Assembly (NCBI GenBank): GCA_040905625.1 | Contig: JBBDRC010000236.1 | Span: 18,155 to 82,154, forward strand | DNA from: Kiritimatiellia bacterium | Lineage (GTDB): Bacteria > Verrucomicrobiota > Kiritimatiellia > SS1-B-03-39 > UBA6053 | Direction of reading: 5' to 3' | Length of the DNA stretch: 64,000 nt | Shown here: in pieces, positions 1 through 12,000 of the stretch | Numbering within the stretch: the first letter of the stretch is position 1 | Layout: the number at the start of each line of letters is the position of its first letter | Notes under the pieces: model-generated | Seen by the model: the letters and a program-made list of their open reading frames with translations, nothing else | Databases searched by the model: none | Told to the model about the DNA's origin: nothing | Made by a program: the position numbers and the translations under genes

Positions 1-2
1 TC

Positions 3-3000
3 TCTTTCCCCGGCGTGGACATCTCGGGTGACTTCAGTGTCACCAGCGGCACCACCGGCGGCGGATTCCAGATCATCGTCGGCAACAATGTGGAAATTTT
101 TGTGGGCGACAATGTTTCCGATTCGCGTACCGGACTGCTGCTCACCAACGGTACCGCGGTGTTTATCAGCAATGCCGGCGTGAAAACCGGGTTCATTACC
201 GGCACGGTCAGCTTTATCGGAGTCGAAGGTTTCACCATGACCTCGGTGATGACCCTCCGCTACAACGAAGCGACCGTGGGCGTGGTGGATTCTTTCACCC
301 TGAACGGTGAAACCATTAATGTGAACTTCAGCGGCAATGAGACCGCGGTGGGTGCCACCCCGTACTTCCAGTTTATTGCCGATAATGCGGTGCTCGCAAT
401 CGAAGACATGGTGGAAGTGGGCGGGAGCCTCGCTTTCACCCGGGTGGGCAGCACCTTCAAGATCGGCGGAACCGGCGTCTATGTCTTTGTAGGTGATGGA
501 CCCTACAGCTTCGAAAACGGCAGCTTGAATCCGGACGCCCTGGGTTTTGCCATTACCGACATTGAGTTCGGCATGATTCTCTACACCAACGCGCAAAGCA
601 AATATGCGTTTGCCGGAGAAGGCAGTCCGACATTTGTGGGACTGGACGGACTGAATATTATCGATAATCTGAATCTGGTCTTCGGCGTAAAACTGAACCG
701 CACCGGGGCGGCATTGACGGAAATCATCCCCACGGGCACGGGAACCACCACCACCCTCGATTTCATTGATGGTACCAGCTTCCCCACCTTCACGGGCAGC
801 ATGACCATCGGGGTGACCGACGTCTTTGACATCAGCGGCACCGTCAGCATTACCCCGCGCGGTGGCGGATCCATGGATTTGCGGATCGATACGGCCAGCC
901 TGAATATTTATGACGGCAGCACCACCGCCTTCGGTATCGAAGGCTCGGCCTTCTTCACCATTACCCCGGTCGAAGGCTTCCAGTTGCTCGATTTCCGCAT
1001 TAACGGGGTGACCGTATACGACACCACACTGGATCTGGGGGCCCTGCTTCCCGCGCAGATCCAGCGTCCATTGACAGCCACGCTGATGAATCCCAGCAAT
1101 GGATCCGTGGTCGATATCGCGGATCTCAACCGCGACAAGTATTTCGATATTCTCTTCAATGATGTAAACAACATCGGCATTAATCCCACCAGCATCACGG
1201 ATGCCGCTAATGAATTTATTCTCACCCGTAACGGTGCCAACATCATGGGTGCGATGGGGTTCCTGGCCCCGGAAAATCTCTACGGCAATGTGTGGCGCTA
1301 CCGCTTCACCGGCACCCTGGTGACGGAAGGGACCTATGAGTTTGAATTTATTGCCGACTCCTGGCAGGACAAAGCCACGACCCCGAACAAAGGTCTGGCC
1401 AAGATCGAGCGGGTGACGGTGTTTAACGCCGCCGGTTCCACCATACCGGGCGTGACGGTGGCGGCAGATGGGACGGTGACCTCCGCGCCCCCCACCTACA
1501 AATTAGTGTCCATTAAACCCGGTTCGGTTTTAAGTCCGAATGAACTGAACAGCTCACGTTACATTGATATCAAGTTTAAATCGAACGGAGATGCGGATCT
1601 GGATGCGGCCTCCATTAACGGCGGTGAATTCACCATCACCGGGACTGCGGTTCGGGATGTGCTGATCAGTAACGTGGCCCCGATCCACCTGGGCAAGAAT
1701 GTCTACCGCTACCTGCTGCTGGACAAAAACGAAACCAATACCATTGGACTGTTTGGCGACGGCGATCTGACGCTGACCTGGCTGCCCAACAAATTCACCG
1801 CCGGGGGCGTGGGCAACCTCGCCAGCAAAGACGTGATCAAAGTGAATCAGGCACAGTCGGGCGAGGTGGCCGCCACCACCCCGATAGCCATCGGACCGCT
1901 GTCCATCAACCTGCCCTTCGTCAAACTTGCCGGTCTGGGATTTGTGGACGGGGATATTGTGGTCACCATCGCCATTGGCGCCGCAAACGCCGGACTGAAT
2001 TTTGCCTCGCCGCCGCCTGCGGGAGGGGCCGGAACCACCGCGCCCACCGCCCAGCAAACCAGCAGCGGCATCACTGCGGATATTACTAATCTGGAAATCC
2101 GCTTTGATGTTTCCATTGCCCTCTCCGATGGGTTTACGCCCGGCTTCACCGGTAAATTTTCTGTGTATGCCGCGAAGCTGGAAATCAATATTCCGGATGT
2201 GTTCAATCTGACCGCCGACAATCTGTTCATCAGCTATAATCCCAATGGCGCGGCTGATCAGGAACTGCTGCGGGTGGATCGGGTGTTGATCACCTTCCCG
2301 AAATTCAGTCTGCAGGGCGAGATCTCCCCGCTGTTGAAAAACGGCACCGTGATCCCGGGTCTGATTGTGCGGGGGAACGGCTTTACCCTGGGTCAGGCGC
2401 AGATTATTTACGGCGCGGTAACCGTGCCGCCCACCACACCGCCCGGCCAGCCCGTACCCACCACCGGCACCACCACCGGTGTGGATCCGGATATTAAAAT
2501 CGGACCGGTCACGTTTGATGATATCCGGATCGGGGTAACTGATTTTGAAGTGAACTTTGATTCCGACAATCCCATCCAGTTCAATGGATCGATCTTTATT
2601 GCCACCGGAGGCGCCCGCATGACCATTGGTCCGGTGACGGCCAATATCAGTGTGCGGCCCGGTCAGCTCAATCCTGACGGCTCGGTTAAAACCGAAGCCA
2701 TGCGTCTGGGACTCACCTTCACCGATGGCCGGGTGGACGGATTTATCTTCTCGGTCGACACCCTGAAAGCCACCTTCGGCGGTTTCCTGGAGGTCAACGC
2801 CCAGGACTTCCTGCTCGACACCGGTGCCGGAGCGGATGATCCGATGGTGGTGTTCGGCCTGATCGGCGCCACCGTGAAAGTGGGCGGACTGGAGATAGGC
2901 GGCGAGGCCCGCAACTTCTGGGTGTCCGGCGATGGACGGCTCCGCACCGGAAATCCGACGAAGCCCAACCTCAAATTCGCGGTGGTGCTGAGCTTCGATG

Positions 3001-6000
3001 GTGACGGCTCCGGCTTCAAGTGGCCCTCCTTCATCCCGATCCAGGTCACCCAGATCGGCCTGATCTTCGACGACTTCGAGAACGATCCCGGTGACTTCAA
3101 CATCCTGCTCAGCGCCAGGGTGAATTCGATCAAGGGTATGGCCAAGGTTCAGGTCAGCGGGGTGATCGAGGGAATCATCATTGACCCTGGTCTTCTATTG
3201 GAGGGCAAGTTCCCGATTGTGGGTCTCGGCGCGGTCGGCGTTGGAATCAAAGGCGATCTGTTCGGCGGTAAGATTGAAGCCTCGCTGATTGGCGGTATGA
3301 TGCGCATCGCCTCACCCTCTCCGGGTTCCTATTCGATCATTCAGGCCATCGACCAGACGACGCCGGTGCACGACCGCATTTTGTACTTCGGGGTTGAAGG
3401 CGGTTTCTCCATCGCCGGCGCCGCCGGGTTCACCATCCGGTTCGCCCTCAGTGAACTGGGACCGCTGGGTGTGCGCATCGGGGTCAGCATTCCGGGCGGC
3501 ATCCTGCTGGAACCGAACACCGGCCTGAGCATCAACAATTTCGTGGGAGAGGTCGAGTTTTTCAAAAGCCTGCCGAGTGTGAAGGATCCGCTGGCGCTGC
3601 GGGACTCAGCCTTCGAGGTGACCACATCCGGCGACGTGGGCGACTGGCTCAGCTCGGTGCAGCAGCAGGTGTTCAACCAGTATGTGGCCGTGCAGGCCAA
3701 TCCGGCGATCGGCGGTTTCCTGGCGGCCTTCACCCAGCCGATGCTGATCAAAGGCTCGGCCATCGTGTACACCATGTACACTTCCCAGTTTGTGTTCAAC
3801 GGCCAGATCGATCTGATCATCAGCACCGACGGCAAGTTCCTGGTGAACGGACGACTCAATTTCTTCGGCGGCCTGCTCAGCGCCAGCGCCAAAATGTACG
3901 CCGACATCTCCAACATCGCCCAGGGCGAGGCCACGGTACTGTTCCTGGCCGATCTGCCGGATCAGTTTCGACTGCTCACGGTGCACGGCAAACTGGACAT
4001 GGGCTTCCGCAACGAGGATGGGGATGTGGTGACTGTTCCGGTGTACGACATGTTCCCCGGCAACCGGTCGCCGGAACCCCGGGCCTCCCTGGTGCTGCCG
4101 GACAGCGCGGACAACAGCGATGTCGGACTCCTGAACGCCACCACCTACGAAGGGGGCTATTACGTGGATATCCAGTATGTGCCGGGCGTGGCCGGTGCGG
4201 TGGATGTGATGAGCATCCTGGACGAGGGGCAGGAATTCACCGCGCGGGTGATGGGAATCGATGGAAGCATTCACACGCTGGCCTTGGATGGGTCTCCGGA
4301 TCCGATTGAACTGTTCCTCAACGAGGATTCGGTGATGGAGGAATTCGTGGTCACCGCCGACACGCCGGAGGCCCTGGCGATGGAAGTGGAGAAAAAAGCG
4401 GTCAGCCGTTTTCGCTATCGCATCGAGGATTCCGGATTTGAGTGGGTGCCCGGCACGTTGACAATCTTATTTAGTGAAGGGTCCTGGACTCAGGAGGACG
4501 TGAATACGGGCGAGGCCGAGCTCGCACCCGCCGTGGAGATCGTCGCCCTGCTGGAAGGCGCAACCGCGGTGATGGCCGGTCCGTCGAACAACGGCAACAT
4601 CGGCATCCGCGATCTCAACGAGCGCAAGTACCTGGATGTGACCTTCGTGCCCTCCCGCGTCTCCGGGGCCGCCATCGCCTTCTCGGATGCGCCCGTCATC
4701 ACCCTCGGCGGCTCCGGCTTCGGCACCGCCGCCTTCACCGGCACGGTGGACCAACAGGACGCGGACACCTTCCGCTATTATTTCGACGGTGCTTTCGCCC
4801 CGGGTACGGTCAATCTGAGCATCGCCGCCAACCAGTTCGCCGATTCCTCCGGAGTCGCGAACACGGCGCAGAACCTGACCTTCTTTGTGGACGGCAGCAC
4901 CGCCACTTTGTCCAGTGTGGGCGCGGGAACGGTGGTGGGCACGACCGAATTCGCGGATGCGGGCACGATTGAGATCGCCTTCACTCCCTCCACCACGGGC
5001 GGTGAACTGGACACCGCGACCATCCTGGACCCGGGGGCTGAATTCACAATTAACCTTTCCGACGGTTCAACCCTGACGGTGAACGGCACACCCACTCAGC
5101 CTGCCGATTTGACCGGAACGAATATTTACCGCTACGCCTTCACGGGCACCCTGGTGCCGGGCGAAGTGACGGTTGGTTTTCTGGCCGACAGCTTCGGAGA
5201 CTCCGAAGGGATCGGAAACCGCGCCTTCACGAACATATTCCAGTTGGATCAGCCGACATCATCCACCGTGAACGTGACGCACGGCGGCAGTTTCTATCAG
5301 GACGAAGTCAACGATCCCCAAAGCGACCTCTATGCGGAAACCCCCGGTCGCTTCTTCGATGTCGACCTCACGCCCATCGACGTGGAAGGGGCGGCGGTCG
5401 ACGGGACGACGCTCGATGTGGACGACCTGATACTGGAAGTCCGCCGCGTGGACATCCGGTCGGTCGAGGCCTCCGGAATCGACATTGACACCGACACCCT
5501 GTCGGTGGTGGGACATGGATTCTCCAGCGGAGACAAGATCCGCCTGACGATGCTGGGCGATTCCGATCCGCCGGGCGGTCTCCAGGCGGGGAACGAGTAT
5601 TTCGTCACGGTGGTGGACGCGGACACCATCCGGTTGTCCCCGTCGAACGGCGGCGCGACCGTGGACATCGCGTCGGTGGACGAGGCCGGCATCTATCTTT
5701 TGGAGCGTGAACTCGAGACCCTTTCAGGTTTCAACATCACCACGATGGGCCAGGTGGACGGCGATACCTACCGATTCTTCTACGAGGGGGACTTCGACCT
5801 TGATTCCACAGCCGATGTGGTCAGCGTGTCGCTGCGGATGGCGGACGGAGCCTGGGCGGACACCCGGGGGAATCAGTCTGCCGCCATGGCCACCACATTC
5901 TATGTTCGCAAACCGGCCAGCACGTTCTTCATCGATCTGGAAGGGGGCTGGGAGTTGAACGGCATGGGACTGCTGGACGAGCCGATCATCGAGGTGGTGG

Positions 6001-9000
6001 GTTTTGCGACCTTCGAGGCCAAGCGGGTGGATCTTCCGGACGGCACCAGCGGATACCGGTTCGACCTGGAGTTCGGCGGTAACGGAAACATGATCGTCAT
6101 TGGCAGTCTCGGCGCGGTGGCCGGCAAATTCTCGCTGGATCTGACCAAGCCCGAAAGCGGCCCGGATCCCGAGGCGGTGACAGCGGCGGAATTCATCTCC
6201 GATCTCGGCGTGCCCGTCGCCGCCGATTCCATCCTGCACGCGGTGGAGCTTCCTAAGCTCTGGGGCGTCATCAAGGTGGAGCGCAGCTTCGATTTCCTAA
6301 AGAACATCGGCATCGACTTGAAGTTCGCGGGCACTCTGCAGATCAACACCACCCGGGTGGAAAAAGTGGAAACGCTCACCCTGCCGGGAATCGCGGGCGA
6401 TATTTTGCAGAAAACCGACGGGGGTCTGGCCCAGATCGCGCATCAGGACTCCATTACCGATGAACTGGGCGTGGCTCTGGGATCCACCACGCTGCCGCAG
6501 CCCGTCCTCGACCTTCTTTCCGACGCGGGCATCACCCTGGGCGACGGTTTCAAAGTTTGGTCGGTGGTGGTCGACACCCTGTGGCGGATCGACGACCTCG
6601 CCAACGACCGGGCGTTCTTCATCGAGGTTCAGGACTACACCGACATGGAGGATCCCGAGGCCTCCGAGGATGTTCGAATCAATTTGCGCGGGGAAACCCA
6701 GGAATTCACTCTGGCGCCGAAGACGATTTTCCTGGCAGGCTACGCCTACGCGACCTTTGAATTCCAAGGCACAAAACTGCTCGGCGCCAAGGGTGCGCTG
6801 GCCGTGAAAATCAGCACCACCAGTCTTGAATATTTCTGGGATGGCCGCATGTTCATCGGGCCTTCGGACAATCCCTTCGGCGAATACCGCAGCCGCCTGC
6901 TGCTGGTGGTGCGGCCCTCCGAGGGCGGCGGCCCGCCCATTCCCGGATTCGCGGGATGGATGCAGGTGGCCGCCCGCATCGACCTGCCGGGCATCTCGAT
7001 CTCCGGTTCCGTGGACGGGATCTTCAACACCTTCCGCGAGGACGTGGTTTTCGAAGTTCCATCGTTCATTCGCGATGTGGTGGGTGAGACCGAAATTACT
7101 ATTCCCGGCGGGCCTTTGCTTTTGGACGGCACCTTCGGCGAGGATCAGGTCTACCTGGTGATCAATGTCGAGGGACAGGCGAACATCATGGATGTACTCC
7201 GGCTGGAAGGCCGCTTCTACCTCAAGATCAGTGAGACCGAGCTGGAACTGCAGGTGAGCGCCTACGCCGACCTGTTCATCGGCCAGATCGGTGCCAGCGG
7301 CACCGTGCGCATCAACCAGCAGGGCTTGGTGGGCAGCCTGGAGTTGGCCCTCTCCGCCGGCCAGGCACTGGGCGGCGACATCTTCACCCTTGAAGGCAGC
7401 TTCCTGCTGGAACTCAACACCACCGGCACCGCCCAGACCGTGCAGTCGCTGGAAATCGCCCCCGACGGCACCGTCACCGGCTTCACTACCCGCGAGATCG
7501 ATCCGTACACCCTGCGCATGGTGGCGGGAGGCGAGCTGGTGATCGGCGGCACCATCACGTTCAAAGGAAAACTCGAACTGGTGATCAACAGCCAGGGCTT
7601 CGAGGCCTACATGGTGATGCTGCTGGACCTCGGTTTCGCGGAACTCGACGTCGAGGGGGGCTTCGCCATCCTGAACAAGCCCGCCGGTATTATGTTTGCC
7701 ATGAGTATTGAGGTGCAGGCGGCGATCAGTATCGGACCGATTGATATCAGTGGCCTGGCGCTGCTTCAGATCAATACCGGCAATGAAGATTACAGCAATG
7801 AAGGTATCACCGTCGCAGCCAATACCGCTTTCCGGCTGATGATTGACGGTGAGATCGACCTGTTTAACGGTGCGTTCACCTTACGGGGTCTGCTGGGAAT
7901 TCTGATTAATGCAGACGGCTTCCGCATGGATGTACAGGCGCTCTTGATTATGCCGCTGGTGAATCCGGTCAGCGCAATAGGGGTGTTGGCGATTATCGAT
8001 GATGGTATTTACGGTTTCCTGGAAATTGGTTCGGGTGATGTGCCTCTCATTGATGGAATCGGATTCTCCATCAGCGGCACGGTGATCATGCGCCTCAACA
8101 CCACCGGCACTGATCAGAATGTGGGTCCGATCACCTATGATGAGTTGAACGAGGAATATGTGGAGGGTCCCACGGTTCTGCTGGAGGCCAACAGCTTCTA
8201 TCTGCTGGTGACCGGAGAAGTGATGATCGCCGGATTTATCACCATTGAAGGCACGGTCGAAATTTCGGTCAACAGCGAAGGCCTCTCGCTCTACTTTGAC
8301 GCCTCCGCCGCTATTGGTCCCTTCGGCCGGATTTCCGTAATGGGAGGTGCCAAGATCCTCTCCTCCGGACATCTGGTCATTCTCTTGGATGCGCAAACCT
8401 CCATCGGTCTGGGGCCGATCTCGATTGATGGTACCTTCACCTTCCAGATCAATACCAGCGGCTCCGCGCAGACCATTGGCACCACCAGCATTGCCGCAGG
8501 CAGCCTGTTAATCAAAGTGCGGGCGGAAGTCTCCATCCTGCTGTTTAAAGGGGTTGGCGATCTCACCATCAGTTATGTGAATGGTGTGTTTGAGGTCCGC
8601 ATCGATCAGCTGTCCATCAACTTCTTTAATATCATTCAAATTGGCGTGCACGGATACTTCCGCTCCGATGGCACCTTCAGTGTCACCGGCCGCGCCGAAT
8701 TCACCATTCCGCTGGGACCTTTCCAATTGTACGGCGGGGTGGAAGTCACTTTCACGCACAACAGCTTCTCCGGCGAAATGTGGGGCGGAGTGCGGGTTTC
8801 TATTAACATGGGATTCTTCAAAATCCGCTTTAACCTGGCCTCCATTTCCGCAGGCATCACCATTACCTCGGTGAATGCCAGAGGCCGCCTGTCCATTGAT
8901 ATTGGTCCGTTCACCATGCATGGTTCGGTTGCCTGGAGCTGGGGCCCGCCGCCGGTTCTCGCAACCAAATCGGGCGGCACCCTTTATCTGAACACCGGCA

Positions 9001-12000
9001 GCCGGGCCGGTTACCGCGGAGATCTCTACGATGATATCGCGGATGAATCCTACTCCATCTATCAGGACGGGGGCACGGTCAGAGTGTCGGCTATTGGCTA
9101 CACCCAGACCTTCACCGGCATCAGTCACATCTCCGGTGACATGGGCAACGGCAATGATTATGTGTACATCGGCGAAAATGTGACCGCATCCGCCACCATC
9201 AGCGGCGGCAGCGGTGATGACATCCTTATCTATGCCGGTACATCCTCGGCCACTCTCAACGGCGGTGATGGCAATGACCTGATTTATGGCGGTCCGGGAA
9301 ATGACACCCTTAGCGGCAATGCCGGCAATGACGAGATTTACGGCGGTGAAGGCAACGACACGATCAACGGCAATGCCGGCAACAACAAACTCTTCGGCGA
9401 AACCGGCAGCAACACCCTCCGCGGCGGCACCGGCAATGACGAAATTCAGGGCGGCGACGGCAATGACACGATCTTCGGCACCGCCGGTACCAACCTGATT
9501 TACGGAAACCTCGGCGACGACACTATCACCGGTGGCAGCGGCTTCGACACCATCTACGGCGGACTCGGCATCGACACCATTTTCGGAAACCTCGGCAACA
9601 ATCTGATCCACGGCAATGAAGACAATGACTTCATTTACGGCGGCACCGGCAACGACGAAATCCACGGCGATGCGGGTGACGACACCATTGAAGGGCGCAA
9701 CGGCAACAACCGGATCGCCGGCGGCGAGGGCAGCGATACCATCACCGGCGGCAGCGGCAATGATGTGATCTACGGGGACTTCGGACAGATGGGCACCATT
9801 GCCACCGTCAACGGCGCAGGCGGTAACGACACCATTAACGCCGCCAACGGCAATAACGTGGTGTTTGGCGGCGAGGGCGACGACACCCTCACCGGCGGTT
9901 CTGCAAATGACATTCTGGTCGGTGATCACGGTTCGTTCTCTGGAAGTCTGCTCACCGTATCCGGCACCATCGCCGGCAACGACATCCTGAACTCCGGATT
10001 GGGATCAAACATCCTCGTGGGCGGTGCCGGCAATGACAGTCTTAACGGCTCCAGCGGCAATAATCTGTTGATCGGCGATGTGGCCCTGGTCAGTGTCAGC
10101 AACTGGTTTGCCACCAGCGTGGTGGCCCTCACCAGCGCTTCCGGCAACGACACCGTGACGGTGATTTCCGGCCACAACTTCATCATCGGCGGCGGTGGAG
10201 ATGATACGATCACTGCCGGAACCGGAAACGATGTGGTCTTCGGTGACAATGCCTCTCTGGTGCTGAATCCGCAGGCCGGAACCCTCACCAGCTTTAACAC
10301 CACCGATCCTACCTTCGGCGGCGCAGACACCATTCTGGGCACCGCGGGACGCAACTTGCTCATCGGTGGTTTCGGTGCGGACACCATCACGGGTGGCAGC
10401 AGCGATGATGTGATCTTTGGCGATCACGGCACAGCGGTGATGGTCGCGGGCGCAGTGATGCGGGCCAACACGCTGGATACGGTAAACGGTGCAGCCGATA
10501 TTCTCGCTGGCGGAAGTGGAAATGATATCCTCTTCGGCGGGGTGGGCAACGACACTCTCAACGCCGACAGTGGCAGCAACCTTCTCTTTGGTGACCATGG
10601 GGTTGCGGTATTGGCAGACGGCTCGGCGGACGAATGGGATGCCTGGACCACCGACCCGGGTACCGGTGGCGATGACACCCTCAACGGCGGCAGCGGATTT
10701 GATGTCCACTTCGGCGGATTCGGCAACGACAGCATCAACGGCGGCAGTGGCATCGATACTATCCTCGGCGACAGCGGTCTGGTGCGTAAATCCTCCTGGA
10801 GCGTGGTGGAAAGTCTGCAGTCCACCGATCCTTCCCTGGGTGGCAATGACATCATCAGCACCGGCGTCAACTTCAACCGGGTCATCGGCGGATTTGCCAA
10901 CGACACCATTACCGGTGGCAGTGGCAATGACACTATCATCGGCGACAACGGCTTCATCGGGGTGACCGGTGCCGGTTTCAATCTTTACAGCACCGACACC
11001 TCCTTCGGCGGCAATGACACCATCGTCACCGGCGACGGACGCAACGAGGTGATTGCCGGTTCCGGAAATGACGCAGTGACCGGCGGTGCCGGATTCAGCA
11101 CCGTGCTGCTGGATAACGGCACCATCACCCGCGACGCCACTCTGCTGGCCATCCGCGCCACCAGCAAGCTCAATGATGTGGATGCCGGCAATGACAGCGC
11201 GACCGGCGGCAGCGGCAACGAAATCTTTATCGGCGGTCTCGGCAGCGATACACTTAACGGCGGGGAAGGGGACAACGTGCTCTTCGGTGACAGTGCCGAT
11301 GTGAGTCCCGGCCTTTATATGACCATTGATCCGAGCTTCGGAAGCGACGATATTCTGACTTCCGGATCCCGGAACGACTTCCTGTTCGGCGGCCAGGCCA
11401 ATGACACCCTGAATGCGGGTAACGGCAACAACGTGCTGATCGGGGATTACGGCCGGATTGAAACCACCTCCACCACTTTGGCGGAAACCGGCAATCTGCT
11501 GATGATTGCCTCCACAGACCCGGCTCAGGGCGGAACCGACAGCCTGACGTCCGGCAGCGGGGATGATCAACTGATCGGCGGTACCGCGGGTGACAGCTTA
11601 ACTTCCGGTGCAGGTAACGATGTCCTCATCGGTGACCAGGGCCGGGTGATCTACGACAACGGCACCGTGACCGGCATGCTGTCCGGCGACGTTTACAGTG
11701 CGGGTGTCTTTGTCCGCGCCACCGTGAACGGCGGCAATGACACGCTCAATGCCTCTGCCGGCAACAATGTGCTCTTCGGCGGTGAAGCCGACGACAGTCT
11801 GACTGCGGGTGCAGGCAACGACGTGCTGCTGGGTGACCACGGGGTGGCGGGACGCGGATTCACCTACAATGCGGTGGCCTTCTACGACGTGTTAAGTCTC
11901 TACGACGAAGACGCCGGCAACGACAGTCTGCATGCCGGCGACGGCAGCAACCTGCTGATGGGCGGTGCGGCCAACGATACGCTGACCGGTGGATCCGGCA

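Noticed and set aside
15-17. GTG at 15 as the start of ORF1
   Set aside because: The frame is open to the window edge, and there is no leader or RBS, so this is an internal Val.
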